This document shows, in pieces, positions 20,897 to 30,525 of a stretch of DNA of 46,425 nt (position 1 is its first letter; each line of letters begins with the position of its first letter). The translations under genes and the position numbers were made by a program. Location of the stretch: the NCBI GenBank assembly GCA_026706565.1, contig JAPOYM010000130.1, positions 1 to 46,425 of the forward strand, given 5' to 3'. A model generated the notes under the pieces. The model was given only the letters and a program-made list of their open reading frames with translations. It had not been told where the DNA came from and did no database searches. Origin of the DNA: a bacterium (GTDB lineage: Bacteria > Actinomycetota > Acidimicrobiia > Acidimicrobiales > CATQHL01).

Positions 20897-22291
20897 CTAG
20901 CCGCCGGTCAGGTGGCGGCCGCAGACCGGCCACGGCTGGGCGCCGCGTTCCTCGTAGAGCCGGTAGGCCATGCGGTCCTGATCCTGCTGCGTGGCGGCCG
21001 ACGGCAGCACACCGACCAACCGCGGATAGTTCCGCTTCGCCACGAAGTCCCAGGTATCGGGCCAGAACTGGTAGGCGCCGTAGTAGAGCCCGTTGCGACT
21101 CACGGCCCGATAGTTGCCGCTGGACTCGCAGCGCCGCAGCGCGGCCCACTGTTCGGACGTGGGGAACCCGTCCACGTCCGGGGGGATCGCCGGTTGCAGC
21201 GACGGGTCGATCTCCAGCTGCGGCAGGTCATCGGGGTGCGGCTCCTCCGGCTCGCCGCCCGGCGGCGCCCCGGAGTCATCGGCCTCGGGAGGCTCGCCCT
21301 CTCCGGCGCCCTCCGGCGAGGTGGGGGCCTCGTCGGGAGCGGGCGGCGGATCGGGCGACGGGGGCGGATCGGGCGGCGACGGGGGCGGATCGGGCGGCGA
21401 CGGGGGCGGATCGGGCGGCGGCGAGGTCGCAGCCTGCTCGGGCGGCGAGGGCGGCGGCGCCGCGCTCGGTGCGGTCCCACCGTGGGGCGGCGGTGGATCG
21501 GGCGGCGGCGGGGGCGGCGGCGGCTCAGCGGCGGCGGGCGGCGGCGGTTGCGGGGACGGCGGCTGCGCAGGATCGGTTGCGCCGCCGGGCGGCGGCGCCG
21601 CGCTCGGCTCGGTCTCGTCGTCGGGCGGCGGCGATTCAGTGACACCATCCGGGGGCGGCGGGGGCGGCTCGGTCGCGCCCTCCGGCTGGGAGTCCACGGT
21701 GAAGGCGTGACGGCATCCGGGCCACGGCGCGGCGCCCGACTCGATCCACAGGTAGTACGCCATGCGATCCTGATCCGCCGGCGCCGCCTCGGACGGGTGG
21801 ACGCCCAGCAGTTCTGTGTAGCGCTGGCGGGCGAGGCGATCCCACGTCGACACCGTGAACTGGTACGCCCCGAAGTACTGACCCGAGGGGTGTACGAACC
21901 CGTAGTCCCCCAGCGACTCGCATTGCCGCAGGGCCTCCCACGCCGCGGCCGAGGGGAACGTACGCATACCGGACAGTTCGGCCTGAGGGGCCGGGGGCGG
22001 ATCGGGGGGTCTTGGCGGCGGGGCGGGGGGCCCCGGCGGCGGAGCGTCTGTGCGGCCCGCGACCGCCGGCGGCGACTCCACGTACTCCGCCGACACGGGA
22101 CCGGGCGCCTCCCCGGCAGCCGCCGGTGCCGCGGCCGGAGCAGTCGCCGAGGTGCCCGACTCCGGCGGCGATCCGACGGAATCCGAGGTCTCCGACCCGC
22201 ATCCGGCGGCCGTCGGCGCTAATGCCATGACCGCCGCGAGAGCAGCGAAGGCCGGGGAGCGCCGGCACCGAGCGATCACCGAAACGCGCAC
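20897..22291 (-). CDS. Resuscitation-promoting factor-like lipoprotein with two transglycosylase domains and a Pro-rich linker
   Basis: Lipobox-like TAAGC; two copies of W-ALR-CES-G-Y...Y-GAYQF---TW...Q D-MA--L----GA-PWP-C; occupies the rpfB position between tatD and rsmA. Confidence 0.85.
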   Translation of the reverse strand: MRVSVIARCRRSPAFAALAAVMALAPTAAGCGSETSDSVGSPPESGTSATAPAAAPAAAGEAPGPVSAEYVESPPAVAGRTDAPPPGPPAPPPRPPDPPPAPQAELSGMRTFPSAAAWEALRQCESLGDYGFVHPSGQYFGAYQFTVSTWDRLARQRYTELLGVHPSEAAPADQDRMAYYLWIESGAAPWPGCRHAFTVDSQPEGATEPPPPPPDGVTESPPPDDETEPSAAPPPGGATDPAQPPSPQPPPPAAAEPPPPPPPPDPPPPHGGTAPSAAPPPSPPEQAATSPPPDPPPSPPDPPPSPPDPPPSPDPPPAPDEAPTSPEGAGEGEPPEADDSGAPPGGEPEEPHPDDLPQLEIDPSLQPAIPPDVDGFPTSEQWAALRRCESSGNYRAVSRNGLYYGAYQFWPDTWDFVAKRNYPRLVGVLPSAATQQDQDRMAYRLYEERGAQPWPVCGRHLTGG

Positions 22292-22408
22292 GGCCGCTCC
22301 TTCCGCCTTGCTCGAGGAATGCAGTCGCCCGTGACGACCGAATGCTACGACCGATGCTCCCCGGCGACGAATCCCCTTCGCCCCTCCACCGCCGGCGAGG
22401 AGCGGACT

Positions 22409-23200
22409 TCAGTCCAGAATCATCCCGCCCAGACCGAAGACCGCGGCGGCGTTGGCGGTCGTGGTCGCCGCCACCTCCTTCGGCTTCACCCCCCGAGCCT
22501 GCGCCACGGCGGCGCCGACCAGCGGCACGTTGGCGGGGCTGTTGGGCCTGCCCCGCAGCGGCACAGGCGCCAACAGCGGCGCGTCGGTCTCCACCAGCAG
22601 CCGGTCGGGGGGACAGAGGGCCGCCGCCTCGCGCACCTCGGGCGCGTTGGGGAACGAGACGATGCCGCTGAACGAGAGGTAGGCGCCGAGGGCCAGGGCC
22701 CGTTCGGCCTCGGCGGTGCCGCCGGTGAAGCAGTGCAGGACCGTGCGCGCCGGCACGCCCTCGGAGAGGAGGATCGCGAACGTGTCGTCCCATGCCGAGC
22801 GGCTGTGTACCACCAGCGTCAGGCCCGTCTCGTGCGCCAGGCCGATCTGGCCGGCGAAGACCCGCCGCTGATCGGGCCGGGGCGAATGGTCGTAGTGGTA
22901 GTCCAGCCCGCATTCGCCGACGGCTGCTACGTCGGGGAGCCCCAGCAGGTCGGCCAGCCCGTCGGTGCCGCCGGCGGCCTCGTGAGGGTGGACCCCGGCG
23001 GCGGCACGGACGCCCCCGTGGCGGCCGGCCACGGCGATCGCCTCCCGCGAGTCGGCCACATCGGTTCCGACGGCGATCAGCGCCGCGACGCCGGCGCCGC
23101 GCGCCGCGGCCACCTCGCTGTCGCACGTCTCGAGCCGCAGGTGGCAGTGCGTGTCGATCCAGGGCCCGGCCGCAGCGCCCGCCGGCGCGGCGTCACCCAC
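22409..23200 (-). CDS. tatD: TatD-family hydrolase
   Basis: DTHCH, GVHPH, GECGLD, HSR, HCFTG and ETDAP. Confidence 0.95.
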   Translation of the reverse strand: MGDAAPAGAAAGPWIDTHCHLRLETCDSEVAAARGAGVAALIAVGTDVADSREAIAVAGRHGGVRAAAGVHPHEAAGGTDGLADLLGLPDVAAVGECGLDYHYDHSPRPDQRRVFAGQIGLAHETGLTLVVHSRSAWDDTFAILLSEGVPARTVLHCFTGGTAEAERALALGAYLSFSGIVSFPNAPEVREAAALCPPDRLLVETDAPLLAPVPLRGRPNSPANVPLVGAAVAQARGVKPKEVAATTTANAAAVFGLGGMILD

Positions 23201-23221
23201 GCCTGACCCTCAATCGGACCC

Positions 23222-24730
23222 TCAATCGACCGAGAGGCGGGGGAACAGCGGATCGGAGACGATGACGGTCCTGCCGGGGGGGTACTGCCCCCAGCGCGCC
23301 GCCTCGGGCAGCCGGGCCTGCGCCGGGTCGCCGTCGAGCCCGATGCGCCGCCAGACCTCGGCGCACGAGCGCGGCATCGCGGGGTGCGCCAGCACGGCGA
23401 CGATGCGCAGCGCCTCCAGAGCGTCGCCGAGGGTGCCGTCCCGCTCGGCGCCCGCATCGAGCTTCCACGGCTGGCGGTCCTGGAGGTACTCGTTGGTCTC
23501 CCGGACGAGCCGCCACGTCTCGGAGAGGGCGACCGACGGCTGCACCTTGGCCCACGCCGCCGCGGCCGCTTGGTAGACCTGCGCGGCGGTGGCGGCCAAG
23601 GGACTGTCGGGCAGCGGCGCACTGGCGACCGAGCCGTCGCTGCGGGCCACGATGGTGGTGACGCGCTGCAGCAGGTTCCCCAGCCCGTTGGCCAAGTCGC
23701 TGTTGCAGCGCTGCACGAGCGCCTCGTAGCTGAAGTCGCTGTCGGGGCCGAACGGGTTGTCGCGCAGCACCGAGTAGCGGAGTCCGTCCACGCCGATGCT
23801 GCCCGCCAAGTCGCCCGGAGCGATCTGCATCACGCTGGTCTTGGCCATTTTGGCGCCGCTGACGAGCAGCCAGCCGTGTACATGGAACCGCGGCAGCGGT
23901 TCCACCCCCGCCGCCATGAGCATCGCCGGCCAGTAGACGCAGTGGAAGCGGATGATGTCCTTGCCGAGCAGGTGGCGGCAGGCCGGCCACCAAGTGGCGA
24001 AGCGCTCGTCGTCGGTGCCGTAGCCGGCCGCAGTGGCGTAGTTGGTGAGCGCGTCGTACCACACGTAGAAGACGTGCTCGGTGTCCCAGGGCACGGGGAT
24101 CCCCCACCGCAGCGAGGTGCGCGTGATCGAGAGATCCTCCAGCCCGCCCCGCACCAGGGCGCGGGCCTCATTGCGATAGCGCTCGGGGCCGATGTTGTCG
24201 GGAACGGCCTCGAACCACTCCAGCAGCCGGTCCCGGAACGCCGAGAGCCGAAAGAAGTAGTTGTCCTCGGCCATCTGCTCGACCGGGCGCTCGTGGATCG
24301 GGCAGTCGCCGCCGACGAGGTCGGCCTCGGCGTAGTAGGCCTCGCACGACACGCAGTAGGCGCCCTCGTAGGTGTCCTTGTAGACGTAGCCGTTCTCGTA
24401 GCAGCGCTCCAGGAGCCTCTGCACCGCGGTGTGGTGGCGCGCCTCGGTGGTGCGGATGAAGTCGTCGTAGGCGATGTCGAGCAGGTCCCACGCCTCGCGG
24501 AACCGCCTGCTGGTGCGGTCGGCCTGCTCTTGGGGGGTCAGGCCGTTCTCCTCGGCGGCGCGCTGCACTTTCAGCCCGTGCTCGTCGGTGCCGGTCAGGT
24601 AGAACACCTCGTCGCCGTGCAGTCGCCGCCAGCGGGCCAGGGCGTCGCCGTTCAGCGTCGTGTAAGCGTGGCCCATGTGCGGCACGTCGTTCACGTAGTA
24701 GATGGGGGTCGTATAGAAGTAGCGCGCCAC
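23222..24730 (-). CDS. metG: Methionine--tRNA ligase
   Basis: TTPIYYVN--PHMGH, TGTDEHG, YVWYDAL, GKDIIRFH and KMAKT. Confidence 0.97.
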   Translation of the reverse strand: MARYFYTTPIYYVNDVPHMGHAYTTLNGDALARWRRLHGDEVFYLTGTDEHGLKVQRAAEENGLTPQEQADRTSRRFREAWDLLDIAYDDFIRTTEARHHTAVQRLLERCYENGYVYKDTYEGAYCVSCEAYYAEADLVGGDCPIHERPVEQMAEDNYFFRLSAFRDRLLEWFEAVPDNIGPERYRNEARALVRGGLEDLSITRTSLRWGIPVPWDTEHVFYVWYDALTNYATAAGYGTDDERFATWWPACRHLLGKDIIRFHCVYWPAMLMAAGVEPLPRFHVHGWLLVSGAKMAKTSVMQIAPGDLAGSIGVDGLRYSVLRDNPFGPDSDFSYEALVQRCNSDLANGLGNLLQRVTTIVARSDGSVASAPLPDSPLAATAAQVYQAAAAAWAKVQPSVALSETWRLVRETNEYLQDRQPWKLDAGAERDGTLGDALEALRIVAVLAHPAMPRSCAEVWRRIGLDGDPAQARLPEAARWGQYPPGRTVIVSDPLFPRLSVD

Positions 24731-24764
24731 GCCGTCACGATACCGGCGCCCGCCGCGGGGCCTG

Positions 24765-25610
24765 TCAGGTCAGATCGACTCTGCGGGCCTGCTCGTAGAC
24801 ATGCCGGCGGCTCACGCCGAGGCGGCCGGCGACCGTCGAGGTGATGTCGCGGACCGAGGAGTCCGGCGCGGCGGCTCGCTCCTCGGTCAGGGCGGCGCGG
24901 ATGTCGGCGTCAGTCGGCGGGACGGGCGGCGGGGCGCCCTCGATCACCAGGACGACCTCGCCGCGGACTCCCGCCTCGGCCCAGGCAGCCAGCCCTCCGA
25001 GCGTGCCCCGCCAGATCTCCTCGTGCAGTTTGGTGAGTTCCCGCACCGCTGCGACCCGCCGCTCCGGGCCGAACGACTCGGCGAGTTCGCGCCCGGTGCG
25101 CTCGCAGCGGTGCGGCGCCTCGAGCAGTACCACGGCCCGCTCGGAGGCGGCCAACTCGGCTAGGCGCGCGGCCCGGGAGGCGCCCCGCCTCGGCAGGAAC
25201 CCCTCGTAGACGAACCGTCCCGACGTCAGGCCGCTAGCGGCGACGGCCGCCAGCGGCGCCGACGGTCCCGGCACGACGGTCACCGCGCAGCCGGCGTCGG
25301 CCGCGGCCCGCACGAGACGCTCGCCGGGGTCGGCGATGCCCGGCGTGCCTGCGTCGGTCACGTACACGACCCGCTCGCCGCACCGGATGCGCGCCACCAG
25401 CGAAGGCGCCGCCTCCGCCTCGTTGTGCTCGTTGACCGCCAGCAGGTCCTTCGGCGCTATGCCTGCGAGGGCCAGCAGGCGGGCGGTCCGCCGGGTGTCC
25501 TCACAGGCGATCACATCGGCGTCCGACAACTCTTGAGCGGCGCGCGGGGCCAGATCGCCCATGTTCCCGATGGGCGTCGCCACGAGCACCAAGGCCGCTC
25601 CGGCGGCCAC
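24765..25610 (-). CDS. rsmI: 16S rRNA C1402 2'-O-methyltransferase
   Basis: LVATPIGNMGD, CEDTR, DAGTPGIADPG and RELTKLHEE; start taken as GTG 25610. Confidence 0.93.
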   Translation of the reverse strand: MAAGAALVLVATPIGNMGDLAPRAAQELSDADVIACEDTRRTARLLALAGIAPKDLLAVNEHNEAEAAPSLVARIRCGERVVYVTDAGTPGIADPGERLVRAAADAGCAVTVVPGPSAPLAAVAASGLTSGRFVYEGFLPRRGASRAARLAELAASERAVVLLEAPHRCERTGRELAESFGPERRVAAVRELTKLHEEIWRGTLGGLAAWAEAGVRGEVVLVIEGAPPPVPPTDADIRAALTEERAAAPDSSVRDITSTVAGRLGVSRRHVYEQARRVDLT

Positions 25611-25615
25611 GGCGG

Positions 25616-25945
25616 CTACTCCCGCACCTCGAGGACCACCCCGACGGTGATCCCCCAGCGCTCCAGGCTCCCCGCTTCGGCCTCCACCACGCTGCGGGCC
25701 CGAAAGCGCGGCCGGCCCAGCCGCCACGGTCGCATCGTGACGATCTCCAGCACCTTCCCCTCAGCATCGCAGAAGGCCACATCGACAGCGAAGCGCATCC
25801 CCAGGGTGTGTACCGCCCGCGTCCGCGGCAGCCACAGCGCCCCCTTCACGCCGTCGCGGGCCAGCAGCCCCCGGGCGCGTTGGCGCGCACCGCTGGCCAC
25901 TTCCAGGCTCGCGAAGACCCTCTCCCCCGCTACGAGCCACGGCAT
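25616..25945 (-). CDS. DUF192-family protein
   Basis: EVA----RARGLL-R, VHTLGMRFAVDVAF and VVEAEAG; start ATG 25945. Confidence 0.85.
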   Translation of the reverse strand: MPWLVAGERVFASLEVASGARQRARGLLARDGVKGALWLPRTRAVHTLGMRFAVDVAFCDAEGKVLEIVTMRPWRLGRPRFRARSVVEAEAGSLERWGITVGVVLEVRE

Positions 25946-26043
25946 CCCCTCAGTCTGCCCGGCGCGGGCTGGGCCGCGGTGCGCTGTCGGCGCGCAGGGC
26001 CGGTGTCGGCCCTTTGTCACAGCCGGGTGGTAGAACTACACGC

Positions 26044-26988
26044 ATGCAATCAACCGACGCCGATCCCGGCGCGGACCCCGGTCGGCCCCCCGCGGACCCC
26101 GCCGAGCCGAACGCCCCCCTCGAGGAGTCCCGCACCCCCGCCGACACCGCCGAGGTGGTGCAGATGCCCGTTCGCCCGAAGCACCTCTCCCCCTCGAGCG
26201 CCTCGGTGCTGCGGCAATGCCCGCAGCGCTGGAAGTTCCGCTACGTCGACAGACTGCCTGACCCGCCTGGCGAGGCGGCGCTGGCAGGCACGTTCGCGCA
26301 CAGAGTTCTGGAGGACCTGCTCGGTCTCGAACCCACAGAACGCACGATGGACAGCGCCCGAGCGATCGCGAGGCAGACCTGGTCGGAGATGGAGGCCGAC
26401 GACGCCTTCAGGGCGCTCGATCTGGACCCCGACGGCATCCGGAACTTCAAGTGGACAGCCTGGCGGGCGATTGAGGGACTGTGGGATCTCGAGGATCCCA
26501 AGACGGTGGAACTCATCGACACCGAGGCCGAGGTGTCGGTGGAGATCGACGGCGTGCCGTTCATCGGCTACATCGACCGCGTCGAGGCCGCCACCGACGG
26601 CCTGGTCGTCAGCGACTACAAGTCAGGGCGGGCACCCGGCCGGAAGTTCTCCAAGGCTCGCCTCGAGCAGGTGCTGCTGTACGCCGCGGCCCTCGCCGAG
26701 TTGCACGGCACGCTCCCGGCGCGGGCCCGTCTCATGTACCTGGGCCAGAGGATCGACGAGACCATCGTGACCGCCGAGGCGATCGCCGAGGTCACCCGCC
26801 GGCTCGTCGAGACGTGGGAGGAGTTGCAGGAGCGTTCGGCCACGGGCGATTTCCCGCCGAGGCCCGGCCCACTGTGCGGCTGGTGCGCCTTCGTCCGGCA
26901 CTGTCCCGAGGGCTTGGCCGAGGTCCAGCGCCGCCACCTCGCCGGCGCCCTCCGCCCCGACGCCCCCGCCCTCGCCGAGGCCGTCTGA
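26044..26988 (+). CDS. RecB-family/Cas4-like PD-(D/E)XK exonuclease with a 4-Cys Fe-S staple
   Basis: LSPSS-----QCP, GTFAH, GYIDR, DYKSG, Q---Y and C-terminal CGWC-----C. Confidence 0.88.
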   Translation: MQSTDADPGADPGRPPADPAEPNAPLEESRTPADTAEVVQMPVRPKHLSPSSASVLRQCPQRWKFRYVDRLPDPPGEAALAGTFAHRVLEDLLGLEPTERTMDSARAIARQTWSEMEADDAFRALDLDPDGIRNFKWTAWRAIEGLWDLEDPKTVELIDTEAEVSVEIDGVPFIGYIDRVEAATDGLVVSDYKSGRAPGRKFSKARLEQVLLYAAALAELHGTLPARARLMYLGQRIDETIVTAEAIAEVTRRLVETWEELQERSATGDFPPRPGPLCGWCAFVRHCPEGLAEVQRRHLAGALRPDAPALAEAV

Positions 26989-27017
26989 GCCCGCCAGCCG
27001 GCCCGAGAGAGACCACC

Positions 27018-29930
27018 GTGGCCCGCCGGACTGAATCCTCGGTGAACAGCGACTTGGCGGCCGCGCTGCGCCTGCTGCACCCGGCGTGGACCGAACAGAC
27101 CGTCCTAGCCGAGAGCACCGGAGTCCTGACCGAGGGCGCCGGGCGGCGGCCCGACATCGTCATCTGCAACGAGAGCCGCACCGGCGGCGTGATCCTCGAG
27201 ACCGAGTTCGACCCGGCGCGGACCGTGGAGAGCGAGGCGCGGGACCGCCTCGGCGGCACGTTCGCCGCCGACGGCTCGCCCGTCGAGCAAGTCGTGGCCG
27301 TCAGGATCCCCCCCGAGGCCCGCACCCCCGGCGCCCGACTCGCGGCCCTCACCTACTCCTACAAGGTCTGCACCAACGGCACCGAAGCGGTGACCTGGTT
27401 CCCCACCGGAGGCTGGATCCGAGGCACGCTGGCCGACCTGGCCGGCTTCGTCGAGACCGTGTCCGTCTCGCCGCGCAAACTGGCCGAAGGCGTCAACGCC
27501 CTCGAGACCGGCGTCGCCCAGGCCACCAACATCATCCGCCGCCGCGCCGAACGCGGAGGCACAGCCGACCTGGAGCGGATTGCCGAGATCCTGCACCAGC
27601 GCGACGGCGAGCAGACCACCCGCATGGCGGCCGCCATCCTGGCCAACGCCCTGGTCGTCCAGTCCGCCGTCGCGGGCGTCGCACCCGGCATAAGGCGCAT
27701 CACCGACCCCTCCATGCGGAACGTCGAGGGGACCCTCCTGCAGGCCGAGGTCCTGGCCACCTGGCACGACATCCTGGACGTGAACTATTGGCCGATCTTC
27801 AGCGTGGCATGTGACATCCTCGGCGCTCTGGACGAGGCGGTTGCCGGGCAGGCGTTGACGCGCTTGAGCGAGGCAGCGAGCAAGCTGGCCGGATTGGGCG
27901 CCACGACTATCGGAGACCTCGCCGGTCAGATGTTCGGACGGTTGATCACGGACAGGAAGTTCCTGGCCACCTTCTACACCCGTCCTTCCTCGGCCCTCCT
28001 GTTGGCCGAGTTGGCAGTGGCCCGCAGCGGACTCGACTGGAGCGATCCCGAGGCGGTGGGCGGACTCCGTGTAGCCGACTTAGCCTGCGGCACCGGCGCG
28101 TTGCTCTCCGCCGTCTACCGCCGCATGGCTGCGCGCCTGAGGCGGGCAGGTCTGCGCGACGCGGACCTGCACCATCGGTTCATGGGATCGGTCCTGATCG
28201 GCTGCGACATCATGCCGGCGGCCACGCACCTGACCGCGGCGCAACTCTCCTCAGCGCATCCCACGGTGACCTTCGGGAACACCCGCGTCCACACGATGCG
28301 TTATGGCGAGGCCGACCTGGGAGACGGCAAAGGCCGCCGACCCTTCATCGGATCGCTCGAACTCTTGGACGACGCCAAGGCGCCCACCCTGTTCGGCACC
28401 GGGGCCAAAACGGTCACCGGCGTCGGCGCCGTCGATGACAGCGCCCGGGGGAAGCTGATGGACCTGCCCCACGGCAGCCTCGATCTGGTCATCATGAACC
28501 CACCCTTCACCCGGCCGACGAACCACGAGATCGCGGAGGTCCCGGTGCCGTCCTTCGCCGGTTTCGAGACCTCCGAACTGGAGCAGCAGCGGATGTCTCG
28601 GCGCCTCGCCTCGTTGCGGAGACGACTCGCGCACGACCCCGCGGGGCACGGCAACGCCGGCCTGGGCGCCAACTTCGTGGATCTGGCCCACGCCAAGGTA
28701 CGTCCGGGCGGCACAGTCGCCCTGGTGCTTCCCGCGACAGTCGTCGCGGGCGCATCCTGGGCAGCTTCGCGCCGCCTGCTAGCGGCGCACTATCACGACA
28801 TCACCGTCGTCACGATCGCGGCCACCGGCTCGAGCGACAGAGCCTTCTCGGCCGACACGGGCATGGCCGACGCGCTCATCGTCGCCTCGCGGCGGACCGA
28901 CGAACTCAGCAACCCGCCGACGGACGATGTGCTGTGGGTCAACCTCTCCGAGACGCCTCGAGGATTCCCCGACGCCTTGGAGGTCGCGCACGCCATCAGA
29001 GCGGTTCCTCCCGGCAGGCCGACGGGCAGGCTGCGGATCGGCGACGACATCGTCGGGTGTTACATCCGCTCCGACTTCGACCACAGCGGCTGCGCTTCGG
29101 TCTCCGAGACCGACGTCGCCGATGCGGCACTCTCACTGGAGCGCGGCCGGCTTCGCCTCGCCGGCCTGCCTGACGTCCCGATACCGATCACCACGCTGTC
29201 CCGTCTGGGGTGCCCGGGGCCCTACCATCTGGATGTCCGCAGCGGCGGGACCACTGCTCGCGGTCCGTTCGAGATCGAGCCCCTCGCCGCGGGCGTCACG
29301 CCCTCGTACCCGGTTCTCTGGAGCCATCGCGCCGCCAGCGAGCGTCGGCTGGTCGTGGCCCCCGACCGGCAGGGACGAATACTCCCGGGGCTGCGCCAGA
29401 AGGCGCTGAGGATCTGGGCCACAAGCACCCGGCTGCACGTCAGCAGCGACTTCCAACTGAACTCGCAGAGCCTCGGGGCCTGCCTCACGCCGAAGCCGGC
29501 CGTAGGCGGCCGTGCGTGGCCTTCGTTCCTGCTGGACGACCGCTCCCACGAGAAAGCCGTCGTGCTCTGGTGTGCCACCACGCTGGGGCTGATCGGACAC
29601 TGGTGGGTGGGGTCGCGCCAGCAGCAGGGACGCTCGAATCTCTCAGTGCGCAGGCTCGGGAGCATACCGATGCTGGACTGCGACGCTCTGAGCGGGGAGC
29701 ACGTCGGCAGACTCGACTCGATCTTCGACCGGTTCGCTGACCGTGACCTGCTGCCGGCCAACGAGGCCTACCGCGACCCGGTGCGCAAGGAATTGGACCA
29801 GGCCGTGCTCTGCGAGGCGCTGGGCCTGCCGGACTCGATCCTGGATCCGCTCGCCACGCTGCGCAAGCAGTGGTGCGCCGAGCCGTCGGTGCACGGCGGC
29901 AAGGCCACGAGACCGGGAGCCTCCGAGTGA
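27018..29930 (+). CDS. Type IIG-like fused restriction endonuclease / amino-methyltransferase, paralog 1
   Basis: N-terminal RRPDIVI...ILETEF (PD-ExE variant nuclease motif), motif I ADLACGTGALL, motif IV IMNPPF and a long C-terminal putative TRD; GTG 27018 chosen by homology to paralog 2. Confidence 0.8.
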   Translation: MARRTESSVNSDLAAALRLLHPAWTEQTVLAESTGVLTEGAGRRPDIVICNESRTGGVILETEFDPARTVESEARDRLGGTFAADGSPVEQVVAVRIPPEARTPGARLAALTYSYKVCTNGTEAVTWFPTGGWIRGTLADLAGFVETVSVSPRKLAEGVNALETGVAQATNIIRRRAERGGTADLERIAEILHQRDGEQTTRMAAAILANALVVQSAVAGVAPGIRRITDPSMRNVEGTLLQAEVLATWHDILDVNYWPIFSVACDILGALDEAVAGQALTRLSEAASKLAGLGATTIGDLAGQMFGRLITDRKFLATFYTRPSSALLLAELAVARSGLDWSDPEAVGGLRVADLACGTGALLSAVYRRMAARLRRAGLRDADLHHRFMGSVLIGCDIMPAATHLTAAQLSSAHPTVTFGNTRVHTMRYGEADLGDGKGRRPFIGSLELLDDAKAPTLFGTGAKTVTGVGAVDDSARGKLMDLPHGSLDLVIMNPPFTRPTNHEIAEVPVPSFAGFETSELEQQRMSRRLASLRRRLAHDPAGHGNAGLGANFVDLAHAKVRPGGTVALVLPATVVAGASWAASRRLLAAHYHDITVVTIAATGSSDRAFSADTGMADALIVASRRTDELSNPPTDDVLWVNLSETPRGFPDALEVAHAIRAVPPGRPTGRLRIGDDIVGCYIRSDFDHSGCASVSETDVADAALSLERGRLRLAGLPDVPIPITTLSRLGCPGPYHLDVRSGGTTARGPFEIEPLAAGVTPSYPVLWSHRAASERRLVVAPDRQGRILPGLRQKALRIWATSTRLHVSSDFQLNSQSLGACLTPKPAVGGRAWPSFLLDDRSHEKAVVLWCATTLGLIGHWWVGSRQQQGRSNLSVRRLGSIPMLDCDALSGEHVGRLDSIFDRFADRDLLPANEAYRDPVRKELDQAVLCEALGLPDSILDPLATLRKQWCAEPSVHGGKATRPGASE

Positions 29931-30525
29931 TAGGACTACAGGAGTGAAGTTATCCTGCGCCGCGGTTCCCTGAGAGCCCGTCGGCAGACAGAGAGCGAAC
30001 AGTGGCCCGCCGGACTGAATCCTCGGTGAACAGCGACTTGGCGGCCGCGCTGCGCCTGCTGCACCCGGCGTGGACCGAACAGACCGTCCTAGCCGAGAGC
30101 ACCGGAGTCCTGACCGAGGGCGCCGGGCGGCGGCCCGACATCGTCATCTGCAACGAGAGCCGCACCGGCGGCGTGATCCTCGAGACCGAGTTCGACCCGG
30201 CGCGGACCGTGGAGAGCGAGGCGCGGGACCGCCTCGGCGGCACGTTCGCCGCCGACGGCTCGCCCGTCGAGCAAGTCGTGGCCGTCAGGATCCCCCCCGA
30301 GGCCCGCACCCCCGGCGCCCGACTCGCGGCCCTCACCTACTCCTACAAGGTCTGCACCAACGGCACCGAAGCGGTGACCTGGTTCCCCACCGGAGGCTGG
30401 ATCCGAGGCACGCTGGCCGACCTGGCCGGCTTCGTCGAGACCGTGTCCGTCTCGCCGCGCAAACTGGCCGAAGGCGTCAACGCCCTCGAGACCGGCGTCG
30501 CCCAGGCCACCAACATCATCCGCCG
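27018..30525. repeat. 524-bp direct repeat (27018-27541 and 30002-30525) covering the 5' ends of both RM paralogs
   Basis: Copies appear identical by eye from the GTG start codon to ...ATCATCCGCCG; the overlapping-frame ORF translations in the track match over this span. Confidence 0.9.

Noticed and set aside
22292-22408. Possible c-di-AMP (ydaO) riboswitch upstream of the Rpf gene
   Set aside because: Expected from context, but the region is short and I cannot find the consensus elements.
23205-23228. 12-bp direct repeat GACCCTCAATCG x2 at the metG stop
   Set aside because: A local micro-duplication with no evident function.
26044-26988. Cas4 as part of a CRISPR-Cas system
   Set aside because: No cas1/cas2 and no repeat-spacer array in the window; the tandem repeats examined are coding and lack unique spacers.
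26481-27017. N-terminal extension of RM paralog 1 in the ORF track (1149 aa)
   Set aside because: It overlaps the nuclease gene, and homology with paralog 2 begins exactly at GTG 27018.
27018-30525. 524-bp repeat as an IS, LTR or DGR template/variable pair
   Set aside because: No transposase, reverse transcriptase, terminal inverted repeats or adenine-specific mismatches; the repeat is coding.
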